The position numbers and the translations under genes are program-made. DNA of 15,634 bases from an uncultured archaeon (lineage in GTDB: Archaea > Thermoproteota > EX4484-205 > JAAOZP01), in the NCBI GenBank assembly GCA_938045545.1, contig CALIBN010000045.1, positions 1 to 15,634 of the forward strand, read 5' to 3'. Of the stretch, positions 1 to 8,070 are shown piece by piece. How positions within the stretch are numbered: position 1 is the stretch's first letter; each line of letters starts with the position of its first letter. The notes under the pieces are model-generated. The model made no database searches and was not told where the DNA came from. It saw only the letters and a program-made list of their open reading frames with translations.

Positions 1-606
1 CTGATGCAAATGACTGTTCCACAAGCAGCCATCTATTTTTTTACTCTCTATATGTTAGCTCCGTTCTTCCTGATAATTCCCGTTATGACTTCCAGCGTAA
101 TAGCGGCAGACAGTTTTGCTGGAGAGAAGGAAAGAAAGACAATAGAGGCTCTTCTAGCAACTCCGATATCGGACTCCGAGCTATTTTTAGGAAAGGTAAT
201 GGTTTCCTTCATTCCCTCTTTTATGATTACAATAATGTCTTTCAAAGCATACTCTATTTTAGTAGATGTTCTCTACTTCGTGATGCTTAATGGTAGACTG
301 TTGCTTCCCAATTTGGTTTGGATTATGCTGATATTTTGCCTGTCGCCGGCGATGGCGTTTACAAGTATTTGTCTGACAGTTATTGTTTCAGCCAAGGCTA
401 AGGGTTTCAGGGAAGCTCAGCAGATAAGCGGGGTACTGCTTTTCCCGATAGTCGCATTAATATTCGGACAGATTTCAGGGGTAGTTATGTTCGGTCCAGC
501 GATCATCGGGACACTAACAGTATTTTTCATATTCGTTGATTATGCAGTACTACGTTTAAGCATAAGAGTGTTTAAACGTGAAGAAATAATACCGAAACTT
601 GTATAG
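1..606 (+). CDS. ABC-2 type transporter permease, 5'-truncated by the window edge
   Basis: Multi-TM hydrophobic protein with the ABC-2 signature SFAGEKERKTIEALLATPISDSELFLGK. The frame is open from position 1. Confidence 0.9.
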   Translation: MMQMTVPQAAIYFFTLYMLAPFFLIIPVMTSSVIAADSFAGEKERKTIEALLATPISDSELFLGKVMVSFIPSFMITIMSFKAYSILVDVLYFVMLNGRLLLPNLVWIMLIFCLSPAMAFTSICLTVIVSAKAKGFREAQQISGVLLFPIVALIFGQISGVVMFGPAIIGTLTVFFIFVDYAVLRLSIRVFKREEIIPKLV

Positions 607-1510
607 TCGCTGAGAAGCCTTGCCAAGTTAAAAGGGATCCATACCGGGATCTGCCTAGCTTAGATAAGAGAAAGCCATAAAATTAAGTGCACGCTTAGCG
701 TCGCGTGTCAATAGTCTACACTAGTTCTAAAAATTAATGAATAAGACAGCTCAAACAAACTCTGCTTTTCCCCGCTAGTAGCGCGTGCTAAGCATCTTTC
801 GATAAGAATCACGGTGATCCTTAGATAACTCCGCGATAGGGCCCAGAGCTGGACCAGGAGCGGATTCAAATGCATAGCAGGCTTAGTATTTTTTATAGTT
901 TCTTATTGCTGTTGCTCGTTGGTGTACGTGTTGTTATTTAAGCTGCCGGTCGGGGTTTTTGAGACTTGTGGGGTTTCAGCTGGCTGTATGGTTTTTATGC
1001 GTGGGTATCGCTGGATGGGTTGAGCTGTTTTCTGGAGGATTGTCTTCTTGCGGATCTTTCTACTTTTTCGATTGTTCGATTCATGTTATAGACGTGTTCA
1101 GGTTGGAGAGGCTTTTATGCGAGCCCGTCGTATTGGAGTTTAAGTTTTCACGGCCGGGGGTGGACTGGGTACTGGGAGTGTTGAAAGTGTGTTTCAACTG
1201 TATTATGGGGGTGTCTGGGTTAAGGCTGGTGATTCAATAGGCCACGCTTAGGTGGCTTTCACAACTCGTAGGCGTGGAGTGTGACGCGTCTTGTGATCAG
1301 GACTATGGTTTGTGGAGTTTCGTGTTATTCTTTCTGGATGCGGATGGTCAACCAGTGTCTTTAGTCTCATCTATAGTCGCCGCATATTGTGCCGCAGGGG
1401 GGCTCGGATAAACTTGAAAGTGAGGGTGGTGGAGGCAGTTTCTCTAAATTTTTATTGAGTCTAGGCTTGGAAATTCTTCTGTAAACCTTTTAAACTTTTA
1501 GTTATGCGAT

Positions 1511-1551
1511 GGAACCGAAAATTTAAATATTAGTTCTAAAAAAGAACTAAT
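1511..1551 (+). promoter_or_regulatory. Archaeal BRE-TATA promoter followed by a 9-5-9 inverted repeat
   Basis: GGAACCGAAAA then TTTAAATA (1522-1529), then ATTAGTTCT-AAAAA-AGAACTAAT (1529-1551), ending immediately before the GTG at 1552. Confidence 0.75.
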
Positions 1552-2817
1552 GTGGAGAGTTTACTGCGGCTGATGAACGAATGGTGGGAAACCCGGTCTA
1601 TTTCCAGCGAGAAAGCAAGGAAATACAAGAGGAAAGTTTTCAGCGAAGTGGAGAAAACCTACTTCCAATACAACCAGATTCTTATCCTGACGGGTCTGAG
1701 AAGAGTGGGGAAAACAACAATAATTCATCAGCTTATCGAAGAGCTGCTTAAAAAGGGTCACGATCCTAGAAGCATACTCTACTTTTCTTTCGACGAAATG
1801 GTTGAGGATCCCCTTAAGGTTCTGGAGGAGTATGCTAGGATTACGAAGGTCGATTGGAGGAGTAAAAGGGTCTTTCTGTTTCTAGACGAGGTTCATAAAT
1901 TACGAGGCTGGAGTTCGAAGATAAAAATACTGTATGATTCACTGCCAAACCTGAAAATATGTGTTTCCGGCTCGGCGAGCATCGCTGTTGAAACAGAAGC
2001 TGTAAGAAACCTAGCCGGTCGATTCTTCACTATCGAAGTTCAACCTTTAACGCTGCGAGAGTTCGCCGAGATTTATTTTGAAAGAGAGATCGACGATTTC
2101 GAATTATATGAGGATAGGCTTAAAACAATATTTGAGGACTACATTAGGAAGCCTTTTCCCGAAATAGTTAAGTGGGATGACCCTCGTCGAGTGAATGAAT
2201 ATATAAGAACATTAGTGATTGAGAAGGTTATGAAATCAGATATTCCGGGATTGTTCAATAACGTTAATGTCTCGCTTCTCTCAACTTTGACAGAAACATT
2301 CATGAAGAACGTGGGGATGATTCTAAACATAACTTCAATCTCGAGAGAACTCGGTGTCCACAAGTTGACGCTGGTTAGACATATAAAATTTCTGGAATAC
2401 AGTAAACTTATTAGAATCGTTAAAAACTATAGGCCTTCCATTAGAGCGGAATCGAGAAAACTCGTAAAAATATACCCGTATAACATTGCCTTATCGTTCT
2501 GTTTTTATCCAGAGTTTTCAAGTGGCCAAATATCAGAAGGGCTTGTTGCTTCAGCCCTCAACCTAACAAGATACTGGAGGAAGAATCAAAGGGAAGTAGA
2601 CTTTTTGAAAACAAATGGAGAAATTATTCCGATAGAAGTGAAAGAGAAAAGTGAGGTTAAAATAAATGAATTGAAAAACCTACTCTGGTTCATGGAAAAG
2701 CATAAGGTTAATCGTGGAATCGTCTTTCACAAGGGAAGAGAAAAAATTATTGAAGTCGGAGACAAGAAAATAATGCTGTATCCACTTTTGAAGCTGTTGT
2801 TTAATTTCGCCATCTAG
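1552..2817 (+). CDS. AAA+ ATPase, COG1373 family (AAA_14 + wHTH + DUF4143 PD-(D/E)xK-like C-terminus)
   Basis: N-terminal NEWW, Walker A GLRRVGKT, Walker B LFLDEVH, VSGS, LAGR, HTH-like ITSISRELGVHKLTLVRHIKFLE, and C-terminal EVDFL...IPIEVK. Confidence 0.92.
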   Translation: MESLLRLMNEWWETRSISSEKARKYKRKVFSEVEKTYFQYNQILILTGLRRVGKTTIIHQLIEELLKKGHDPRSILYFSFDEMVEDPLKVLEEYARITKVDWRSKRVFLFLDEVHKLRGWSSKIKILYDSLPNLKICVSGSASIAVETEAVRNLAGRFFTIEVQPLTLREFAEIYFEREIDDFELYEDRLKTIFEDYIRKPFPEIVKWDDPRRVNEYIRTLVIEKVMKSDIPGLFNNVNVSLLSTLTETFMKNVGMILNITSISRELGVHKLTLVRHIKFLEYSKLIRIVKNYRPSIRAESRKLVKIYPYNIALSFCFYPEFSSGQISEGLVASALNLTRYWRKNQREVDFLKTNGEIIPIEVKEKSEVKINELKNLLWFMEKHKVNRGIVFHKGREKIIEVGDKKIMLYPLLKLLFNFAI

Positions 2818-3284
2818 AAAACACTTTCCCTCAGCAGGAGAATGGGAAATAGTTTACGTAAAAGGCGTTAAGAAAGCAAGTGTAGTTTGAGAATTAACTA
2901 AGAATTCGGAAGTTTCTGTTAAAAAGGATTGGAGCGTTATACAACGTAGATTTTCATCTAGGAGAATATATAAAAAGTGAGGATGGTCGGTGCTAGATAC
3001 ATGCAGACATCTGAATGGTATAACGTAAGAGTTATACGTGATCGTACAAGGGCCCACATACTCGGTCTGGGATAAATATGGAGAACCCTGTAGTAAGGAG
3101 AAATAATAAATTTGGGGCTGGCATTGGCTGATGAAGCATCTAGAAAGACGGTTGGAAAAGAATTAGGAGCATCGCCTGGAAAAGCGAGGAAATAAAGGAA
3201 TAGAAAGGATTTAGGTTGAAAAAAGTCTTTTAAAAAGCGGTGTTTTCAGGTAAAAAGTATTGATGCCATTTCTTTAGGTATTCC

Positions 3285-3487
3285 TCATACTTTTTGATTC
3301 TCTTTTTCTAATTTGCGTGTAACATCTCTCAGAACCCGTGAACGCATATTCTCATCTTCTATGCTCTTACCTACTTCTAATGCCTCATTCCATTTTCCAG
3401 CCTCAGCAAGCGTCATTAAAGCAAGGATTGAATCTTTTGAACAAATGACAGTCGGTTTCGTTTTTGGCTTAAGCCTTTTTCAAGCAT
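3285..3487 (-). pseudogene. Small TPR-like helical-repeat protein, frameshifted or a remnant
   Basis: Manual translation of 3416->3285 gives MTLAEAGKWNEALEVGKSIEDENMRSRVLRDVTRKLEKENQKV, resembling the 'G..deAle.a..I.d...rs.aL' solenoid repeat. An upstream ATG (3487) with a TATA-like TTTATAT joins this frame if the A5 run (3476-3480) were A6. Confidence 0.5.
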
Positions 3488-3715
3488 GATTTATTCTTTA
3501 CTCTAAATATAAACTTGTTCAAGAAGTATGTGAAAAGGTTGTAGGAGTTTAAATTGCTAATTAAAAAGTACGTTTAGTATTATTAATGCTACGTATTGTT
3601 TCTTCATTTTCTATAACAGTACTAAGCCTGCGGGACGGTGAGCGCGCTATTGCTAAATCTTGGTGAAACGGCTCGACGACCGGTCTGACCTTAGAAAGCC
3701 TCGGCCGTGTTTTCC

Positions 3716-3753
3716 TGTAAACATTTATATAGTGTTACGATAAATGTGTTACA
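3716..3753 (+). promoter_or_regulatory. vapBC promoter with an overlapping inverted repeat (probable autoregulatory operator)
   Basis: TATA box TTTATATA at 3724-3731. Arms TGTAAACATTTAT (3716-3728) and ATAAATGTGTTACA (3740-3753) pair with a one-base bulge. Confidence 0.7.
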
Positions 3754-3754
3754 T

Positions 3755-3979
3755 ATGAGTGCTACGATAACCGTTAGGGTTCCGAGACAGCTGAAGGAGG
3801 AGGCTAAGAGGCACGGGATAAAGCTCAGCCAAGTTGTTAGGAGAGCCTTAGAGAAAGAGGTGAGGAGGAAGAGGATTGAGGAGGCTAGGAGGGCGGCGGG
3901 GGAGCTTGGGGAACTTTTCTCCAAGGTTTCTGAGAAGGATATAGTGAGGAGCATTAGGGAGGCTCGGAGAGAAGGCTGA
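3755..3979 (+). CDS. vapB: Ribbon-helix-helix type II antitoxin (VapB/CcdA-like)
   Basis: MSATITVRVPRQLKEEAKRHGIKLSQVVRRALEKEV is an RHH pattern and the gene abuts a PIN gene. The start is moved from 3707 to ATG 3755, about 24 nt after the TATA box. Confidence 0.85.
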   Translation: MSATITVRVPRQLKEEAKRHGIKLSQVVRRALEKEVRRKRIEEARRAAGELGELFSKVSEKDIVRSIREARREG

Positions 3980-4399
3980 TTGCACGTTCTGGACGCGAGC
4001 GCCATAGCCGTCTTGCTGAGGAGGTTCAGGGAAAAGTCTCCTGAGCTTTTAGAGGGGCGCGTCACCCTGGATCTCGCGCTCTATGAGCTTAGCAATTTGA
4101 TATGGAAGGAGTGCGCCCTGGAGAAACGGGTTGGGAGGGAGCAGGCCATAAGCATGGTTGGAGGCCTATGCAGCGTGTTGAACACGATGATTATGGAGAA
4201 GATTGCTTCAAGCGGGGATTTGAAGGGGGTGATGAAGCTGGCGGTTGAGCTCAACCTGACTTTCTACGATTCCTCCTACCTGTATCTGGCGAAAACCAGA
4301 AGGGCCATACTTGTCACTGAGGATGACGAGCTCGCTGGGAAGGCGGGGAAGGTTAATGTTAAAACGCAGAGGGTTGACGAGTACGTGGAGTCGGGTTGA
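3980..4399 (+). CDS. vapC: PIN-domain ribonuclease toxin (VapC)
   Basis: All four acidic PIN positions are present: VLDAS, LYELSN, LTFYDSSY and LVTEDDEL. The TTG start directly follows the antitoxin stop. Confidence 0.92.
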   Translation: MHVLDASAIAVLLRRFREKSPELLEGRVTLDLALYELSNLIWKECALEKRVGREQAISMVGGLCSVLNTMIMEKIASSGDLKGVMKLAVELNLTFYDSSYLYLAKTRRAILVTEDDELAGKAGKVNVKTQRVDEYVESG

Positions 4400-4637
4400 C
4401 GGTTGCTTGCTTATTCAGCGAGCTGCTTTCCGGTGTGGCTCAGCCCAGCGTCTAATCCGATCTCGCAATCATCCTCGTGGATAGTTGAATCCTGTTCTTC
4501 AGCCCGTCTTCGCGTAAAAGGTTAGCCATACTGTTTCTCGTGATCAGGTAAGTGTTAGACGGCTTGGGATAGTATTCTATGAGCTTCAGTAGAAGAGGAA
4601 GGGAAGAACAGGGGTGCCTGCTTTATAGACCGTTTCA

Positions 4638-4686
4638 AAAGCTTAATTTATTAGGCGACGGATCTTACTTTACTTGGATACAGTAA
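4638..4686 (+). promoter_or_regulatory. Promoter of the HTH-MNT/HEPN operon with a TTACT-N7-AGTAA inverted repeat
   Basis: AAAGCTTAATTTATT BRE/TATA-like element at 4638-4652. TTACT(4670-4674)-TGGATAC-AGTAA(4682-4686) overlaps the ATG. Confidence 0.55.
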
Positions 4687-5460
4687 TGAGAAGGATGGAG
4701 GTTCTTTCAAGGGCTGGGGCCGTCGACGTCTTGCGTTGCCTCTCAACCAGGGGCGAGGTTTAAGGAGCTGAACGAGGCTGTGAGTAACAGCAGAACCCTG
4801 ACTAGGAGGCTGAAGGAGTTGAGCGCAAGAGGCTTAATACGGAAGACCGGGTTGGAGTATAGGATAACGGAAAAGGGTTTTGACGCCCTGCTGGGAACGG
4901 TTGAGGCTGAGGGACTGGTTGGTCAAGATCTAGCTGGGATTAGATGCGGATGGCTGAGGGTTTCCCTGAGGCGTATGGCAGAGCTTTTCTTGAGGGAGTT
5001 TGGTAATGATCTGGTTTCCCTCGTCGTTTACGGTTCCTCCGTGAAAGATTCTTTTCAACTCGGTGAAAGCGATGTGGACTTGCTCTACGTTATTGAGGAT
5101 GACGCTGAAGACTCTTGGCGGCGTGAAGCAAGCCTATTCAAAGCATTTAAATCAACATGGGAATACAGGGCTTGTGACTACTGGTTTAAGACTCTTGGGT
5201 TCTACGGTTACCCGGAGGTGACCACGGTCTCGCTCCGTAGAGGATATGCTGCAAGGTTTCAACCAGTGTATCTTGACATGCTTTTCCACAGGGCTGTTCT
5301 CTATGATAAGGAGGGGTTCTTCCAGAGGCTGATGGAGGACCTGCGGAAAGCACTCAGCGCTCTTGGAACCATACGGGTGGAGCGCCTGGATGGAACTTAT
5401 TTCTGGCTTTTAAAGCCGGATGTTGCTTTCGGCGAACCGATAAGGATAAGGATGAAGTAG
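4686..5460 (+). pseudogene. HxlR-like winged-HTH fused to a minimal nucleotidyltransferase (MNT) antitoxin, one frameshift near 4750
   Basis: ATG 4686 reads MRRMEVLSRAGAVDVLRCLS... and stops at 4761. The +1 frame continues GARFKELNEAVSNSRTLTRRLKELSARGLI (wHTH) and then VVYGSSVKDSFQLGESDVDLLYV (GS..DxD). The span is 775 nt (3n+1). The MNT domain could still be made from a downstream start. Confidence 0.85.
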
Positions 5461-5465
5461 GAGAA

Positions 5466-5883
5466 ATGTCAAGCAGTAGGGATAGGGCGAAGGAGGCGAT
5501 CAGAAGCGCGGAGCGTGAGTTCAGGAATGCGGTAGAATGCTTAAGGGAGGAGGATTATGCTGGAGCATTAAAGTATCTTCAGGAATGCGTTGAGTATGCA
5601 GTGAAGGCGGTCCTGATAGCCTACGGATTGGACTATCCGAAGGCTCGCGCAGCAGGCCGCTTCCTGTATGAAATCCCTAAGGATAAGTATCCGAAATGGT
5701 TCCTCGAACGTTTAGATATGGTTGCTGAAATAACGGACGACCTGGCTAGAGGGAAGTCCGAGGTTCAGATATCCGTATGAATATCCGCCTCAGGAGTATG
5801 AAAATATAGCCAGGGAGTCGCTCCCCAAGGTGAGGAAATCGTTGGAGGATTGCCGTAGGCTCGTTATAGAGTTCTTCGGGTAA
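5466..5883 (+). pseudogene. HEPN-domain protein (COG2250-like MNT partner), frameshifted near 5752
   Basis: The first frame carries the HEPN helix YLQECVEYAVKAVL and stops at 5780. The +1 frame continues GSPRFRYPYEYPPQEYENIARESLPKVRKSLEDCRRLVIEFFG to TAA at 5881-5883. The span is 418 nt (3n+1). Confidence 0.85.
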
Positions 5884-5915
5884 AGCTTAATTTTTTAGGA
5901 ACATGGAGGACACGT

Positions 5916-6074
5916 ATGGTTAAGGAAACTAGGAAAAAGGGTGGAAAGTTTTACATTTGCGAGGAATGTGGCCTCATGTATAAGGAAAGGGTTTGGGCAG
6001 AGAAGTGTGAAGCCTACTGCTCCAAGCATCATGCTTGCTCTTTGGCGATCATCACCCATGCGGCCGGTGAATAA
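5916..6074 (+). CDS. 52-aa Cys/His-rich putative metal-binding microprotein (not in the ORF track)
   Basis: MVKETRKKGGKFYICEECGLMYKERVWAEKCEAYCSKHHACSLAIITHAAGE contains CxxC-x12-CxxxC-xx-HHxC-x6-H. GGAGG lies at 5905-5909. Confidence 0.85.
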   Translation: MVKETRKKGGKFYICEECGLMYKERVWAEKCEAYCSKHHACSLAIITHAAGE

Positions 6075-6168
6075 TTCTTCTCTGCATGCATGTTGAACTC
6101 TAGCCTAGTTTTCTAGGAAATTTATTTTCTCATAGTCAGGCTGCAGCGATATAGCTGGTCTTTCGTCT

Positions 6169-6345
6169 TTACACCGGCTCAAAGAGGTCTTTACTGGCTC
6201 CGCACACGGGGCAGACCCAGTCGTCGGGAAGGTTTTCGAAAGGTGTTCCCGGGGGGATTCTGCCTTCCGGGTCTCCCAGCGTGGGGTCGTATACGTATCC
6301 GCAGACGGTGCACCTGTATTTTTTCAAGGATTTTTCCTCAGACAT
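6169..6345 (-). CDS. rub: Rubredoxin, 58 aa (not in the ORF track)
   Basis: [58 protein letters not shown] has the canonical CxxCGY...PGTPF..[11 protein letters not shown] motif. Confidence 0.98.
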   Translation of the reverse strand: MSEEKSLKKYRCTVCGYVYDPTLGDPEGRIPPGTPFENLPDDWVCPVCGASKDLFEPV

Positions 6346-6408
6346 GCTGGTTCAACTATCAGAATTTCGATTAATCTTTATAAATCTTTAACGTATGTGT
6401 TAGCCAGA
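6346..6408. promoter_or_regulatory. Divergent promoter region for rubredoxin and the oxidoreductase operon
   Basis: A 63-bp AT-rich gap containing self-complementary TTTATAAA (6377-6384) and an AATCTTTA direct repeat at 6373 and 6383. Confidence 0.6.
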
Positions 6409-8070
6409 ATGGTTCAAGAGTATTCTGTTTTAATAGGTGGGCAGGCTGGCGACGGGATTAGGCTGGCCGGCGGTTCTGTTGCGAGGCTTTTCAACAGGCT
6501 TGGCTACTGGGTTTTCGTTTACAATGACTACCAGTCGCTGATAAGGGGCGGTCACAATTTCACGGTTGTAAGGGCTTCCGGGAAAAGGGTGCAGGCTCAC
6601 AGGAATAAGGTCGACATCATTGTGGCGTTTAACCAGGAGACTTTGGAGAAGCACGGGTGGAGGTTGAAAGATGGTTCCATAGTGATTTTCGACTCGGACA
6701 GTGTTAAGGCTGAAGGCCTAGGCTTGCCCCTTACTGGAATCGCTAGCAAAAGGAATCTGCCCTTGATAGTTAGGAATACGGCTGCGCTCGGAGCCTTGGC
6801 TTCAACCCTCGGCTTAGAGTTTCACCTTGTTGAGGAAGTGGTAAGGAGCTCCGTGAGGAGAAACGTGGAAGAGAACATAGCTGTGGCGAAAGAAGGGTAT
6901 GACATGTCCGGGGGTTACAGGGGTTTTCTCCGGGTGCAGGCTTTAAATAACCCGCCTAGGCCAATCCTCTCCGGGAACGAGGCTATTGGGCTGGGGGCGG
7001 TTAAGGCCGGTTTAAAGCTGTACGTGGCCTACCCTATGACTCCCTCCACGCCTCTTCTTCACTATTTAGCCGGTAACGCTGACGAGCTGGGGATCGCTGT
7101 GGTTCAGCCGGAGAACGAGATAGCAGTGATAGGAATAGCTGAGGGAGCAGCCTACGCCGGGGTTAGGACGATGGTTGGAACATCGGGCGGCGGTTTCTGC
7201 CTGATGGTGGAGCACCTGAGTCTCGCCGGCCAAGCTGAGATCCCCATAGTGATAATGCTCGGCGAGAGGCCCGGGCCGGCGATAGGGCTTCCAACCTATC
7301 ATGCTCAGGGAGAATTGTTCTTTCCGATATTCGCGGGGCACGGCGAGTTTCCGAGAATAGTGGTTTCGCCGGGCGATGCTGAGGAGGCTTTTTATCTATC
7401 AGCGGAGGCGCAGAACCTGGCTTGGAGATTCCAGGTCCCCGTAATACTGGTGGCTGACTACAGTCTTCTCGAAAGCTCTTTCTCGAGCGTGCTGGACGAG
7501 GGGAGAGTATTGATTGAAAAACCAAAGATGTGGAGCGGCGGGGGAGAGTATAAAAGATACTTGCTCACCTGGGACGGGGTCTCGCCGCTGGCTTTCCCCG
7601 GGACGGCTGGGGTGACTGTTAAGGTTAACAGCTATGAGCATGACGAATACGGCGTGACCACGGAAGACCCGGTTTTAACCGTGAGGAACGCTGAGAAGAG
7701 GCTGGCTAAGTCTAGAGCGATCGAGGACGAGCTTCGGAAAAAGGAGACTGTGAAGACGTATGGTAACATGCAGGCTGAAACTGTTTTAGTAACTTGGGGC
7801 TCGACGAAGGGTGCTGTCGTAGAGGTCGCGGAGGAGCATGGCTTTGGCGTTTTACAGCCTTTGTATCTGAATCCTTTTCCAGTCTGGGAGATGGAGAAAC
7901 ACTTTCCGGGAAAGAAGAACATTGTTTGCGTGGAGGCGAATTCAACAGGTCAGTTGGCAAGATGGATTATGTTTCACGGGTTCAGGGTCGACCGGACTAT
8001 CTTGAAGTACGACGGGAGAGCATTGACAGTGGATGAGCTCGAAGAGAAAATAAAGGAGGTGAGCGCTTGA
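6409..8070 (+). CDS. korA: 2-oxoacid:ferredoxin oxidoreductase alpha subunit (gamma-alpha fusion)
   Basis: IGGQAGDGI, YQSLIRGGHN, SGNEAIGLG, AYPMTPST, ENEIA and TSGGGF motifs. The start is probably ATG 6409, 24 nt after the TATA box. Substrate cannot be determined from sequence. Confidence 0.95.
   Translation: MVQEYSVLIGGQAGDGIRLAGGSVARLFNRLGYWVFVYNDYQSLIRGGHNFTVVRASGKRVQAHRNKVDIIVAFNQETLEKHGWRLKDGSIVIFDSDSVKAEGLGLPLTGIASKRNLPLIVRNTAALGALASTLGLEFHLVEEVVRSSVRRNVEENIAVAKEGYDMSGGYRGFLRVQALNNPPRPILSGNEAIGLGAVKAGLKLYVAYPMTPSTPLLHYLAGNADELGIAVVQPENEIAVIGIAEGAAYAGVRTMVGTSGGGFCLMVEHLSLAGQAEIPIVIMLGERPGPAIGLPTYHAQGELFFPIFAGHGEFPRIVVSPGDAEEAFYLSAEAQNLAWRFQVPVILVADYSLLESSFSSVLDEGRVLIEKPKMWSGGGEYKRYLLTWDGVSPLAFPGTAGVTVKVNSYEHDEYGVTTEDPVLTVRNAEKRLAKSRAIEDELRKKETVKTYGNMQAETVLVTWGSTKGAVVEVAEEHGFGVLQPLYLNPFPVWEMEKHFPGKKNIVCVEANSTGQLARWIMFHGFRVDRTILKYDGRALTVDELEEKIKEVSA

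Noticed and set aside
693-793. Imperfect inverted repeat GCTTAGCGTCGCG / CGCGTGCTAAGC, a possible MITE
   Set aside because: Short and gapped, with no target-site duplication or second copy, so compatible with chance.
4410-4630. Minus-strand coding-like fragment (LLKLIEYYPKPSNTYLITRNSMANLLREDGLK)
   Set aside because: It has no clear start or recognisable family. It is probably debris and cannot be called.
1500-6100. Integron-like cassette array
   Set aside because: I found no RYYYAAC...GTTRRRY attC-like hairpins between the genes and no integrase. The modules have their own promoters.
6170-6315. GC-rich, apparently intergenic stretch that looked like a structured ncRNA
   Set aside because: It is the reverse strand of a canonical rubredoxin gene.
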